64,000 bases of DNA from Hypanus sabinus (taxonomy: Eukaryota): assembly GCF_030144855.1 (NCBI RefSeq), contig NC_082727.1:36394001-36458000 (forward strand), written 5' to 3'. Position 1 is the first letter of the stretch. The number at the start of each line of letters is the position of its first letter. The translations under genes and the position numbers were made by a program. The notes beneath the pieces are model-generated. The model worked only from the letters and a program-made list of their open reading frames with translations, did no database searches and was not told where the DNA came from. This document shows, in pieces, positions 38,394 through 51,859 of the stretch.

Positions 38394-38818
38394 CAACACA
38401 CAAAGAGATTTGTTGAAAGAGAAGCTCGATCAGCTTCAGTGTCACTTCACGTGGGGCCCTCAGAAGGGAACCATTGACTTGAAAGATGTGATGTACAGAT
38501 TGCAAGATGCTAGAAATCTCGGTGTGAAATATCAAGCCACGTATCTCAACTAAATCACTTTCATAAGTTGTCTGCAGGGAGACAATAAAGAAGCCATTCG
38601 GAACTTCAATGAAACTCCCGCCATCCTGTATTTTGCCAGAAAGCAAAGTTGTTTAATCAATGTAAATATCACTTTGGAAAGGCATTTGAGCATCGTCCAA
38701 TATCAGCTATTGAACCACAAGGGGGTTTTGCAGTTAAAAGTGTAAGAAATGGAGAGTATTCCAACGTGAAGGAGATCTACAGTAATCTTTTGAAATTAGA
38801 TGATATTCAACCAGTAAA
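38394..38818 (+). pseudogene. Internally deleted IFIT exon-2 pseudogene D
   Basis: Tandem duplicate of C; acceptor AG at 38392-38393; shared TAA at 38551-38553. Confidence 0.9.
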
Positions 38819-41800
38819 TCTTTCCTAAATGTTCAATAAACCTGAAATTTGTAAATATACTTTCTTTACAATATACTTAGTGTACAATCTGTTACTTATT
38901 GCCGATGGCGAAGTGCATTGGGACAGTATTTACACAGTATAATCTCAGGTTGGGGTGTGGGTGATCTCTACATCCTGGCTCTCCCAGTCTGGTGGGACCC
39001 AAGTCCTAGATGTATGGAGTTGGAGAGAGGTGGTTTTCTCACTGCTGAATACATTGACTTGTTAGTGAGAGACTAACCAGTCATGTTTCTAGAAAAGTAC
39101 GCACAAACAGGGTTTCTTTTATTTCAAGATACAGTGCAAAACAGGCCCTTCCAGGAAATGAGCCACACTGCCCAACAAGCACTGATTTAAAACAGACCAA
39201 ATCACAGAGCAACTTAAAAAGACCAATTAACCCACGAACTGTGTGTCTTTGGACAGTGGGAGAAAACTGGAACACCTGGAGGAAACTCGGAGAGAATATA
39301 CAATCTCCTTGCAGGTGCTGCCAGAATTGAATCCGAACTCCAAACGGCCCAAACTGTAATAGTGTCACACAACCTGTGCACTACCATAGCAAACATTTAT
39401 GAATGTCTGATTTTGTAATAGTAACTTTGTTATTATGATTCCTGGTCTCTGTGCTTCATTGAAGATTACTCACTCCAGTATTCAGAAACAAAAGTGGGTT
39501 TTGGGGATTTAAGTCTAAAGAAATCAACTCTGAAAATCACGATGAGTCTTCGTATGCGATTCCTTCACTGCAGGTGACAGGAAGGTCGGTGGTGTTATGG
39601 AGAGTGCAGAAGTGAAAGGCGCTTACTGACCATTCAGGATACAAGAGGATGCGCGTGTACTTGTTTGAGAGAATGTATAGTGTTTGTAAGTGTGTTTGTG
39701 TTATTTAAGATTAAGTTTGAATCTTTAATGTAACACACTTTTATACAACAGGCATCGTAATTTCAGTGGCACAGAAGTGGAAGATTGCAAAGTACATACC
39801 ATATGTTTTTAAGTATGAACTGTTTAATTTTTATCCATTCCACATATTCTGATTCATATGGGAATTAGTTTGGAGATTTTTGAGGGAGAGGTTACACCAT
39901 GTTGGGATGGAACATGTTGAAGTCAGACAATGACAGGTTGAGAATCCTGATGACAAGAGCCAGACCTTCACCCTGGTTACTATCATTCACAAGTCTTTCA
40001 TCAAGGGGAATAACGGAGCATTTTGTATGCACTGACCTCACTTCAAATTGCTTGCAGAAATTCAGAATATTCTCGCACAACCTTGAGAAATGATTGAGGT
40101 TCACCAGGTCACCTAAAATATAAAAGGCGTCATAAAAGTGAAATGCCTGAGGAATCAGTGGGACAGAATAGCCCAGGGAGAGAGGGATGATACACAGACA
40201 ACTGGTGGGAAAAACAGTTATGAGGAGAGATATTGATGCTTTAAGGTTGAACTGAGGCAGTGACAGGGGGAGGTGAGAGTAACTGGGGAATGATAATGCC
40301 TGTGGTTCAGAGAGCTGATGAGCCTGCCATGGATTATGCAGAGCATAAATATGAAGCATATGAGGAACACTCCGGTTGGAAAATCTAGGGATGGCTGATC
40401 CAGCCAACATGAAAATGCAGAATGAAGGCCTGAGCTCAACCCACCAGGAAATTTTAGTTTTGGGGACAGTTGTGGGATCAAACTATTCCACCCGAGAGAT
40501 AAATCAGAGGAGGAGGAAAATAGGTCGTTAAGTGGGTGTAGAGGATGTAGCTGCTATGAAGACACAGTGAACATGCTTTCTGTGCCAGCAAATAGGGCAC
40601 CTGGCAAGGGAGTCCCCAAATAGACATAGACTGGTAAATGTGATGTCACAGTATGTTACAGCTATGGCCTATCAGGGGCATAAGAGAAATATGTGAAAGT
40701 CATCCACAAAAACAACCAGCAGTGCCTTCTCTGTCTGACCAGATTAGTATCCAGGTCAGACAAATAGCTGGTGACTGCATCCATTGTTAATACTGGTCAC
40801 CCACGGATGTACACAAGGTTTCTTTGTATACTAGCAATGTGATATGCCTGTGGACACAGGGTTACCAGTGAATAACTGATCCAGCTTTGCCAGTGGCTGG
40901 AGAGATGATTTACATTACGAGTGTGGAGGTGAATGAATGAGGGCAGAGAGAAGGGAGCCTCACTTGCTTGAGATTGAGGGATCGCAGTGATGCGAGCACG
41001 GATAACTGGATCCGTTAAATTGAATGTGATCTGTTTCCAGACTTTCAGACAACTGGAAAAGGCAACTGTGATCATGTGGCATACGGACTTTGGATCTGAT
41101 CCCAGGTTTGCGATCTGGGAACTTTAGCTTGATCCTGGGATCAGAGACCACTGGAGTGGGATGATCCCACAGTATGTGAGCACTCAGTTTGATATCCCAG
41201 GATGTGATAATAACTGGAATCAAATCCAGTGGTGCCCAGTGATTTAAGAATAGGGAGCTGATTGGGAGTGAGGAAAGCAAGAATTACAAGAAGGAGTTTG
41301 TCCTCCGAACAGATGACATGATTTCTGAGTTTCGCTGTGGGGAACTAACTTTTCCCAGCCGGTTTCATTTAGCGAACAGTGACTGATATAATAAAGTTTA
41401 CAGCTGTTCCGAAGGGGTATATAGTTGTGAGATGAGCCGATAAGACCATAAAACCATAAAACATAGGAACAGAATTATGCCATTTGACCTATCAAGTCTG
41501 CTCCGTCATTCAATTATGGTTGCTGCCTTTTTCCACCCAACGACCTGGTCTCCACAGTTGTCTGTGGGAACAATTTCCACAAACTCACTACCCTCTGGCT
41601 AAAGAATTTACTCCACATCTCTGTTTTAAATTAAAGCCCCTCTATCCTGAGGCTGTGCATGCTTGTCCTAGACTCCTCCATCATGAGAAAAACCCTTTCG
41701 ATGTCTACTCTGTTCAGGCCTTCCAACATTGAAAAGTTTTCAATCAGATACCACCCATCCTTCTAAATTCCAGGGATTACAGGCTCTGAGCCATCAACTG

Positions 41801-42699
41801 TTCCTCATATGATAACCCTTTCATTCCCAGAATTATCCTTGTAAACCTCCTCTGAACCCTCTTCAATGCCAGCACATCTTATCTTAGATAAGGAGACAAA
41901 ACTGTTCAGAATGTTCAGGGTGAGGCCACATTCACGCTTTACAAAGCCTCTGCTTCACATCGCTACTCGTATATTCTGTATCTCATTAAATGAATGCCAG
42001 TAATGTATTTGCCTTCCTCACCACCAACTCAACCTGCATGTTAACCTTAAGGGTGTTTTGCACAGATCCTTTTGCATCCCAGATTTTTGGATCTTCTCCT
42101 CATTTAGGATATAGTCTGCACTTTTATTTCTTCTACCAAAGTGCATGACACTGTATTTTGCAATATTGTATTTCATTTGCCACCTCCTTGCCTATTCTCC
42201 TAATCTGTCTAAATCCTGTAACATTCCTGTTTTCTCAAAAGATTAACTGGGTAACAAAGGCTAGTTAGATTACCATCTGTTTTTGGCAATATGCCAGAAC
42301 CCCAAACTCAACGAAGAAATTGTCATTTGGGAAAGCTTTTAATGCAACTAAGCCAATCAGAAGGAAATATATGTTTGGCAAATTTGCCTACCATACAACT
42401 AGTGGCTGATTATGAACAAGCAATCACAAAACTGCACAATGTTGTCTGTTTACAAAAAACGGCCATCCCAATGCTTTTCAAATTGCAGTCAATGACTTTA
42501 ACCAGGCCTGTTTGAAGAAAACCCTGCCCAGATTTCTCTAGCAAGTAACCTTTTGCACCAGAAGTTCCAAACACTAGACCACTGCTACACTACAATTAGG
42601 ATTGCCTATCATTTCTTGCTAAAAGCACGTTTTGGGAAGTCAGATCATTTGGCTGTACTCCGACTACCTGCATACCGACAGAGTTTAAGGTGACCTGCA

Positions 42700-44065
42700 T
42701 GGACTCTGATAATACATTTTACTTTGAACCTCAGAGTTCTGAGGATTAACAAGCAGAGATAATTGAAAGGAAATGTATTTAGATTTCCGGAAGGTATTCA
42801 ATGCAGTGTCTGTAAACTGTGTAGTTTACTGTACTGTGGTGGATAACGCTCAGTTCATCACAGGAAAAGACCATCCCAGCACTGAGCTTATCCACAGAAA
42901 CTACTGTCATAAGAAAGTAGCCTCCCCCATCAAGGTCCACCACCATCTAGGACATGCAATCTTCTCACTACTGCCATCGGGAAGGAGGTACAGGAGCCTT
43001 AGGTCCCACACTACCAGGTTCAAAAACAGTTATTGCTCTTCAACCATTAGGCTCCTTGCAGTAACACCGTGCAAGAGGAATGTAGATGTCAATTTTTTAA
43101 GACAGTGAACAAGTGAGACGAGACCTAGACTAGATCTTCCTGGACTGGGCATTGTGGCAATGAGAAAAAATAAGTAATAATCTTTTTCCTGTTTGGGCTG
43201 TTTAGAGGGTAGCCATAACAGATTAGAATTCTTCATTAATGTGTTGTGTGAAGTCACAGAATGAAATCAAGGGTGTGAATCTGAACAAATAAAATTATGA
43301 GGACCCAATTGATTGGCAAATGATTCAATGAGTTGATCGTTGTATGACGTTTGAGGAATGAACTGCAACAATATTTCACTTGTGATTGGAACAAAAATAC
43401 GTTAGAACAGAAGGGTGAACCGTGTGAGGGAAATTCAACACAGTATCAGACCAAAAAAAAGCAGCAGCTTGGGGATTGGAGCAGTTTAGACTTCAGCCAA
43501 GGAGGGCAGAAAGATTGATTCAAAGTGGTAAAATGAATTGTGAGAGTAAACCGGCAGGGGACATAAAATTGATGGTAGATATGGAGAAGTAAAATAAGAT
43601 AGTAATCAGAATTGTAGTAGATAGTTTACAATCAGAAACAGGGAAAATTATAATTAGTTGAAAGAGAATGCTCAGAACAACCCATTGCACTGGCATTTTG
43701 CTAACACAAATTATTTCAATGGTTGAGCAATGTTTATTCAGGAAATGTTTCCAAATTGCTTTTCATTGCCTTAGTGTTATCAATCGGCTTTGAATTTGAG
43801 TTTCTACGGACAATCAGGAAGTAATGGACAGTATAAGCGGGTGTCAGGTCGAACATCAGATGCAACAACGGAGACTCAGCAGAAGAAGAACCGCACAAAC
43901 TGAGAAAGAGCACAAATTGCTTTCCATCCAACGAACATCATGAGGTAAAGGACGTTTCCTTGCAGTTTATCTTTATGTACAGATTATTATAGAGTACGTG
44001 GTTTATGAAAATTAGTGAATCATAACCTTTGAAATACCCAGAATGGACAACGACTGTCCTGACAG
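42700..44065 (+). repeat. Collapsed paralog of 52630-52980 joined to 58800-59840
   Basis: ORF 42773 matches ORF 52696; from ~43059 the sequence matches 58800 onward. Confidence 0.8.
43740..43939 (+). promoter_or_regulatory. Type II promoter/5'UTR paralog, partly degenerate
   Basis: Homologous to 59500-59705. ISRE-like site altered to AGTTTCTACGG (43799-43809); TATAAG at 43832. Confidence 0.5.
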
Positions 44066-44292
44066 AGCTGTATTTCAACAGAGCTGAGTTGATCAATCAG
44101 TTCAAATATCACTTTGAAAGGCAGAGGAATTCAAGAAACAGCAATGCCTTTGGTATTCTTGGGATGGTGCACCAGCTGGCTGGCGAGAAGGTTGAGGCTA
44201 CTGAATCGTTTGAAAAGGCCTTGGAATCTGATCCTGGCAATGAAGAGTATCTCAATTCTCTTTCTGAATTACACCGTTCTACTGGGCTCTAG
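43940..44292 (+). pseudogene. Collapsed IFIT copy: exon 1 plus C-terminal fragment (possible 71-aa mini-IFIT)
   Basis: ATGAG|GTAAAG at 43940-43950. 44082-44292 encodes AELINQFKYHFE fused in frame to NSNAFGILGMVHQLAGEKVEATESFEKALESDPGNEEYLNSLSELH. Confidence 0.75.
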
Positions 44293-44439
44293 ATATCCAA
44301 ACAGATCCAGGTGTACTGTGCCTGTGGAAAGGTCTTTCCCCACCCACTTCTCACTATTAGAGTTGACTATGCAGAGAAGTTTTACAGAGAACAGGGAAAT
44401 GTTGATACAACAATATTGCTATTGTCTTTCTTTCTTTTA

Positions 44440-47400
44440 TCTATCTTTTTACTGATTTATGAAAAAAATGTGTATATACGAACAACAGGAGAATATCTCT
44501 GGTATATATGTCAATAGCAGTACATACAGAAGGTAAAATAAACATGATCAGAATCATTCATAGTGTCGATCTACAAAGTATAAATTTGATATAGAATGTT
44601 TAATTCTCCTCTTAACAATTTACGAAGTAAATACTATTAGAAATTCTTATATAAATGAAAAAAAAACACTATTTTAAACAGAAAAAAAAGGACTGGGCAG
44701 TCCATCCTGAGAGAGAAACCAAGAGAAGAGAGATTCTCCGATCAAATCCAAGGTTCTGAATAAAAAACAGCTGGAAGTGAATCAGTACAAAAATCAGATC
44801 ACATGAAAATATTGAATAAACATTTGCCAGATTTCTTCAGATTTAAAGGATGTATCCAATGTCCGACTTCTTATTTGCTCTAGACTTAAAGAGGACCTGA
44901 TAGAGGAAAGCCAATAAAAGGCGGTAGGAGGGTTAGGGTCCTTCCATTTAAGTAAAATGGCTTTCCTAGCCAATAAGGTTGCAAAGGCTCTGATCTGCTG
45001 AGCGGGAGCAGGAGTATATCTTGCTTCCGATGGAATAATCCCAATAATAGCTGTAAATAAGTTTGGTTGTAAATCCAGATTCAGCACTTTAGATAAGGTT
45101 TTAAAAACATCTTTCCAAATATTCTCCAACTTTATGCAAGACCAAAATATATGAATTAAAGTGGCCACCTGAATATTACATCTATTACAAATAAGATTAA
45201 TATTGGGAAAAATAAGGGCTGGTTTATCCTTCGACATATGTGCCCAATGCACTACCCTGAACTGTATCAAGGAATGATGGGCACAAGTAGATGAACTGTA
45301 TACCAGATGGAAAGTTTTACTCCATTGATTATCTAAAAGTAACTCTTGAAATTCCAATTCTGAGGCAGCTATAATTTTATTGTTAGATATCATTTGTAAA
45401 TTGAATAACCATTTATAAATTGTAGCTATTCATCTTTTTTGGAGTGCTTTAACCTGGAAGAGGATATTTATTATATTAGATGGATTAGCGGAGAGATAAT
45501 TTGGAAGCAAAGTACATAAAAAATTTCTAATTGGTAAATATCTTAAAAAGTGTATATTGGATAAATCAAATTTATCTGGTAGCTGAGTAAAAAACATTAA
45601 ACAATCCCCTATAAACAAATCCAAAAAAGTTATTATACTTTTGGTTTTCCAAATTAAAAAACCCTGATCTACAATTGACGGTTTAACAAAAATAGTTATG
45701 ATATATTTTACTACAAAGGACAAAATGATTTATTTCAAAAAATCTATGAAACTGAAACCAAATTCTTGATGTATGTTTAATAATACGATTAAGGTCTTGT
45801 CTACCAAACTTAGAGAGCAGAAAAGGAAGAGGAGCTCCCAGTAAACAGGCCGATGAATACACCTTCACTGAATTTTTCTCCAATTCCACACATAAAGGAC
45901 AGTCACATATGTCTGAATAATGAATACAACAGGTAATATATTGAATATTAATTGCCCACTAGTACAGTCTAAGATTTGGCAAAGTCATACCACCATCCTT
46001 TTTTAATTTCTGCAATAAAGGTTTACACAATCTAGGATTTTTATTGTTCCAAATACAGGATAAAATTATAGAGTCTATCCAGTCAAAAACCATTTAGGAA
46101 CAAATGAAGGAACTGCTTGAAATTATATATATATATATATATAAAAGAATTTTGGTAGAACTATCATTTTAATAGCATTAATTCGACCAAATAATGATAG
46201 CGTCATAGGAGACCATTTAGAAAGTGTTTGTTGGGTATAATCAATTAATGGGAGAAAATTATATTTATACAGATCTTTAAAATTCTTATTAACTTTAATA
46301 CCAAGATAAGTAAATTGATTTTTAGCAATACTAAAATGTAATTCCTCATACTGATACAAATGATAATTAATAGGAAATAACTCACTTTTGTATAAATTTA
46401 ACTTATATCCAGAAAAACTACTAAATTCAGAGACTATGGATAACATAGAAGGAATAGATTTCTTAGGATCTGAAATGTAGACTAATAAGTTATCTGCATA
46501 CAATGAAACCTTATGCATTTTATCCCATTTCTTAATATCCCGAATACTATTGGAATTCTGAAGAGCAATAGCAAGAAGTTCTACAGCCAAGTTAAATAAC
46601 AAAGGACTACAAGGATAGCTCTGCCGGGTACCTCTGTACAGTCTAAAATAGGGAGATTTTTGATTGTTAGTCATAACTGCAGCCATAACACAAATACTTT
46701 ATTTTCACCAAACAATTGATACTAGAGCGTACAATCATCAGTGATAGTTGTTTCTGTGCTTTGCACTCCGTGAAGTATAAATCGAAGTAAATACAATAAA
46801 AATTTAAATTATAAATCATAATTAAAAAATAGAAAAGGGAAAGTAAGGACAAATTTCTTCAACTTTCTCAGGAAGTAAAGGCTCTGGTGGAGCTTGATAG
46901 ATCAATTTAAACCAGGAAATGAAAGCCGGACCAGAATTAAATCTTTCTAGTTTCAAATAAATAAAATCACTCCACTCTATCAAAGGCTTTCTCTGTGACA
47001 AGGTAAACAACACATTCAGGTTCTTTGGATGGAGAGGAAAAATAATATTCAATAATCTCAGAATATTAAAGTATGAATATGTATTCTTAATAAATCTAGT
47101 TTGATCATTAGATATAATTTTAAATAAAAATTCTCAATCCTAATAGCCAGAATTTTAGAAAGAATTTTGGAATCCATATTTAGTAAAGAAATTGATCTAG
47201 GGTCTCGGCTCGAAACGTCGACATCACTTCTCCCTATAAATGCTGCCTAGCCTGCTGTGTTCTACCAGCATTTTGTGTGTGTTGTTGTTTGAATTTCCAG
47301 CATCTGCAGATTTCCTCGTGTTTGGTCTATAAGAGTCACATTCAGATAAATCTTTTACTTTTTTAGGAATTAGTGAAATTACTGCCTCATAAAAAGTTTT

Positions 47401-48300
47401 CAGGAGAGTCACAGAGGATATAGAATCAGTGAAAACTTAATATAAATGAGGTGTAAGTATCTCAGTAAAAGTCTTTAAAAATTCCACTGTATATCCATCT
47501 GGTCCCAGAGCCTTGAAGAGAGGATATAGCCCTTGTTATTTCCTCTTGTTTAATAGGTGCAGCTAATGTATTCATATCTTGAGTAGAAATTTTAGGTATA
47601 TTCAGCTTTTGTAAAGTAAAAATCCAGAAATACCTTATTAATTTCCTGACCATCTGAAGTTTCAATTCTATCAGCTCTTCGTATTTTCACAATCTGTTTC
47701 TAGCCATATCTGCTTTTAATTGATCAACCAACAATTTCCTGACTTACCACCAAGTATGTAAAATCAACTTTCAGATTTGAGAAGTTGCTGCTCAATGGGA
47801 TAGGTCAAAAGCAAATCATGCTGTGGTTGAAATTCCACCCTTTCTTTACAGAGATCTTCATTAGGTGTTACTGTATAAACTTTTTTCTATTTCTTTAATC
47901 CTGTTAGTAATCATTAACAGTTCTGCTTCGGTTTTCCTTCTTAAACCTACTGAATATGAAATTATCTGTCCCCTGAGAAAAGATTTCCTTGTATCCCAAG
48001 TAATCAAATTTGATACTCCATCCATTGTATTTAATTCAATAAATAAAGAAATTTGTTCTTTAATAAAGCTTACAAAAGCTAAGTCCTGTAATAAAGTAGT
48101 ATTAAATCTCCACTGAGAAGAATTTAAAATGTAATCAGGAAATCTAAATGTTAACTTCATGGGAGCGTGGTCCGACAATGTGATGACATCATACATGCAA
48201 TCGGCAACAAAAGGCCCCAATTGCATGTCTAGCAAAAAATAATCAATTCTTGAGTATTTATGATATATATGTGAAAACAAAGAAAAGCCCCTATCATATG
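44440..48300 (-). mobile_element. Decayed L1-clade LINE ORF2
   Basis: Endonuclease end (YSRIDYFL, SDHAP), RT (RGTRQ..PLLF, SLYADNLLVY) and C-terminal CxxC...HIFWSC. Interrupted by an insert at 47199-47323. Confidence 0.9.
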
Positions 48301-49149
48301 GAGATGATAACTAATCCAATTTCATCCGATTCACAGCAGATTCTGGTCTATCATACCTATGAATACATGACCTCATTGAAAATATAATGCTTTAGAAGTA
48401 TTTGAATACATGTAAATTCCTAACAGCAGTGGGACTCAACAGCATCTCTTTTTCTCAATTGGACTGTAACAAAAGAGGGTGACACAGTAGTGTAGTGGTC
48501 AGCACAACCCTTCATAGTATAGGTGGCCCAGGTTCAGTAACTACTGCAGTGTGTAACGAGTTTGTACGCTTTCCCTTTTGCTGAGTGTGTTTCTTCCGAG
48601 TGCTTCGGTTCTCTCCTGCTCTCTAAAGACGTACCGGTTGGTAGGTTAAACGGTCATTGTACGTTGTCCCCGATTAGGCTAGTGTTAAATCAGGAGACAC
48701 AGGGCAGTGTGGCTTAAATGGCCAGAAGGGCCTATTCCTCATGGTATCTCAATAAATAAATAAATATTTTGTGTTATGTTTCATCATATTGTATCAACAA
48801 AAACTCTCCACTTTGAACACCGATTTCTCTTGATTTTCTGGAACTTTTTGTAATATCTGTTGTTAATACTTCAACTGAAACAGCCTTTGTTTAATGTATT
48901 CAATATGAAAATGCCACCACATGCAGAAAGTCAGTGAAACCCCGATTTGCCCAACGTACCGATGAACAGAAGAACACTTAATGAGAGGTTATTCTCCTTT
49001 ATCTTCCAGGTACAAGCCATCTGCTTTTTCCAAGGGACTTACAGCTAAAGATTCACTTTCATTTTGTATATATACCTTCCCTCATCAGCATTGTTAACAA
49101 GATGTAACACCAGAGAATAACAAAAAGACCTACTTACAACGTTTCATTC

Positions 49150-50125
49150 ACTGTGCTGGGATGGTGCTTTACAGAATCAGTGCAGATGGAGTGAGCAATT
49201 CAGAGACATGAGTCGGGGCAGTGGAGTTCTCATGGCCTCGGTGCGAGGCTGGATCGCTCTGGGCGCCAAGCTGATTTGAAGAGCTTGAGAGCGGTTTCAG
49301 ACTGGGTGAGAAAATCTGGGACTGGAGTGAGCCTCTCAAAACACTTCATCACTGTGAATGTAAGTGCCACTGGGAGATAGACATTTAGACAGGTTAGCAC
49401 ACTCTTCTTGGGCGGTATGATTGAAGACTGCTTGAAGCAGGTGGTACCACACACTGCTGGAGGGAAAGATTGAAGATAGTCGTGAATACACCCACAAGTC
49501 CGATGGCACAAGTCTTCAGTACTTGGACAGGTACACCATGCAGATCGGATGTTTCTTCCTGGATTCACTCTCTTGAAGGCTCTTGGGGGTGTGTGATGGT
49601 TCCTCGCTGTTCTGGTGGTGAAAGTGAGCATAGAAGGCATTGAGCTAATCTGGAAGCGAAACTCTGTTGTCCCCCATGATGAAATGTTTAACTTTGTTGG
49701 AGGTTGTGGCACTCAAACCCTGCCACAGCTGTTGAGCATTCCTCATTGATTCCAGTCTAGTCTGGAATCCCCACTTTTCCCCAGAGATGGTTTTGCAGAG
49801 GGCTTCTGATTGGTGAAAACCCAGAAAAATTTTGTGGGGGCACACTCATCCACACCTGCTATAATAAAGTGTGTAACAACCTTGGTGTAATCATTCAGGT
49901 CCTCAGATGAATTCTTGAACGGGGCCCAGTCCATGAATTTAAGATATCCTGCAACCATTCCTCAGCCACCCTAGACAACCACTTAGTTGTCTTGATATCT
50001 GGAGTCTTGCCCTTTAGGCTCTGCTTGTAGCCGGAAGTTGGAGTACAGCCAAATGATCCGACTTATGAAAATGCATTCTGGGAAGGAATGATAGGGATTC
50101 CTTATCATAGTGTAACAGGAGATAC
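49150..50125 (-). mobile_element. Rex1/Babar-type LINE fragment
   Basis: CLNVYLPVALTFTVMKCFERL remnant. Confidence 0.65.
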
Positions 50126-51859
50126 AAGTACTGAATTCAGGAGTTGAGATGTTCTGTAGAAGTTCTATAAGACGTTGGTAAGGGCTAATTTAGAATATTA
50201 TCTGCAGTTCTGATCACCTACCAACAGGAACAATATCAATACAATTGTAAGAGGACAGAGAAAATTTTGATGCGTCTTGAAGATCTGAGTTATAGGGAAA
50301 TATTGAATCGGTTAGGACTTTATTCCCTGGAGCATTGGAAAATTAAGGGAGATTTGATAGAGGTTTAAAAAATTATGAGGGATATAGATGGGGTAAATGC
50401 AAGCAGGCTTTTTTCACTGATGATGGGTGAGACTTGAACAAGAGGACATGGGTTAAGGGTGAAAGGTGAAATGTTTAAGGGGAACATGAGGGGGAAATTC
50501 TTCATTTCATCACTCAGAGGCTGGTAAGAATCTACAACAACTAATAACCAGTTGGAGCAACTGAGAGGGTGAAGAAACATCTGTGGAGGCAGAGGGATAG
50601 TTGTCATTTCAAACTGAGGCCCTTTATCAGCACTGAGAAAGAGCCAGTATAAAGAGGGGAGGGGGAGTAGAGAGATAGGGTTTGGCAGATGTTAGGTGAA
50701 ACCAGGTGAGGAAGGGGGTAGTGGACAGATGGAACAAAATGCAGGAGGTCTTGGGTGGAGCTGGGAGGATAGGTAGAGACAGTTTGAGAGAGAGGTAACA
50801 AAGGGGCAATTGGAGTCCAGTAGTATGGAGAAAGGGTGGGTGTCTAGATTCAAGACTTAGTGGAGTGGGACATATCTTCCCTTATTGGTTATGAACCAGG
50901 AGTGTCTTTTTTATTTAAATAAAGAACTTGTATTTTCCTTTAAGTTGATGTAAATTAGAATGTTTCTCATGCAGCATTCAGAGGTACCGTGGGTGCCAAC
51001 TTGGCTCTATCCACAGAAAGGGTGAGGGCTGCCTCTTATAGAAATTCGTCAGCTTCACGTGCCAGACATTGGTTTCACGGAGGAGGCCACACTGTGCAGT
51101 AGTACAAGGAAATTAGTTTCACCAGGATAAGGGGATAACTTGAAAGTCGGAACTAGAAGTTGAAGTGAACGTAGTTGGAACTGCTGAATGTTATCAAGGC
51201 ACAGAGAAGAGTTTGAGGAGCTTCTGTGTATCTTGTCCATGCTAACCTTAAAGTACGCATCCACATTGATCATTTCACAAGCACTGTCCCTAATTTTCTC
51301 TGCCTTGGAATTTCGAGTACCGACAAAACAATAAACCCAAAAGAACCCAATTAAAGAAAATGAAATAAAAGAGGAGCATCCAATGTGCTAGAGAATAAAT
51401 AACACAAATCGTGAAAACAATTGAAGCAAACAACAACATTCCAAACCGAACTGAGTCCTCAGATCCAAACACTGGAGCAGCCTGGTGTAGGCCCGAAGCC
51501 TCGCTCAGCATATTAGCAGACACGCAGCATAGCAGCAGGGCCTGGCTTCATAGCCTCATTGCCATGGAGAGGGGAGTGACCATTGCCAGAGAGCAACTGA
51601 AATCTGCTCTCACCTTGCATCCCAACAACCTGCCTTTTCAGTCCATCCGGGCCAGCAATAAAATTGAGCAAACAATGGAGCACCAAAAGGCTCTGACACC
51701 CTGGAGAGAGTGAATATCGAGGAGAATGAGTGAAATCAGCCTTCTATCTGAACCAGCATTCAAATTGAATATACAGTAGATTATAACTCACACTAGAAAC
51801 TGGCCACAGCAAAGGGCTTGGGCCTAGCACACAGACCAGCGGCTGGTGTTGAAGCATCT

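Larger units (their letters stand above)
29447..41848 (+). repeat. Tandem duplication, ~6.4-kb unit (~29447-35480 and 35481-41848)
   Basis: Collinear near-identical ORFs offset by about 6.39 kb (29624/36021, 33499/39892); junction gtaaacct|gtttggga at 35480. Confidence 0.92.
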
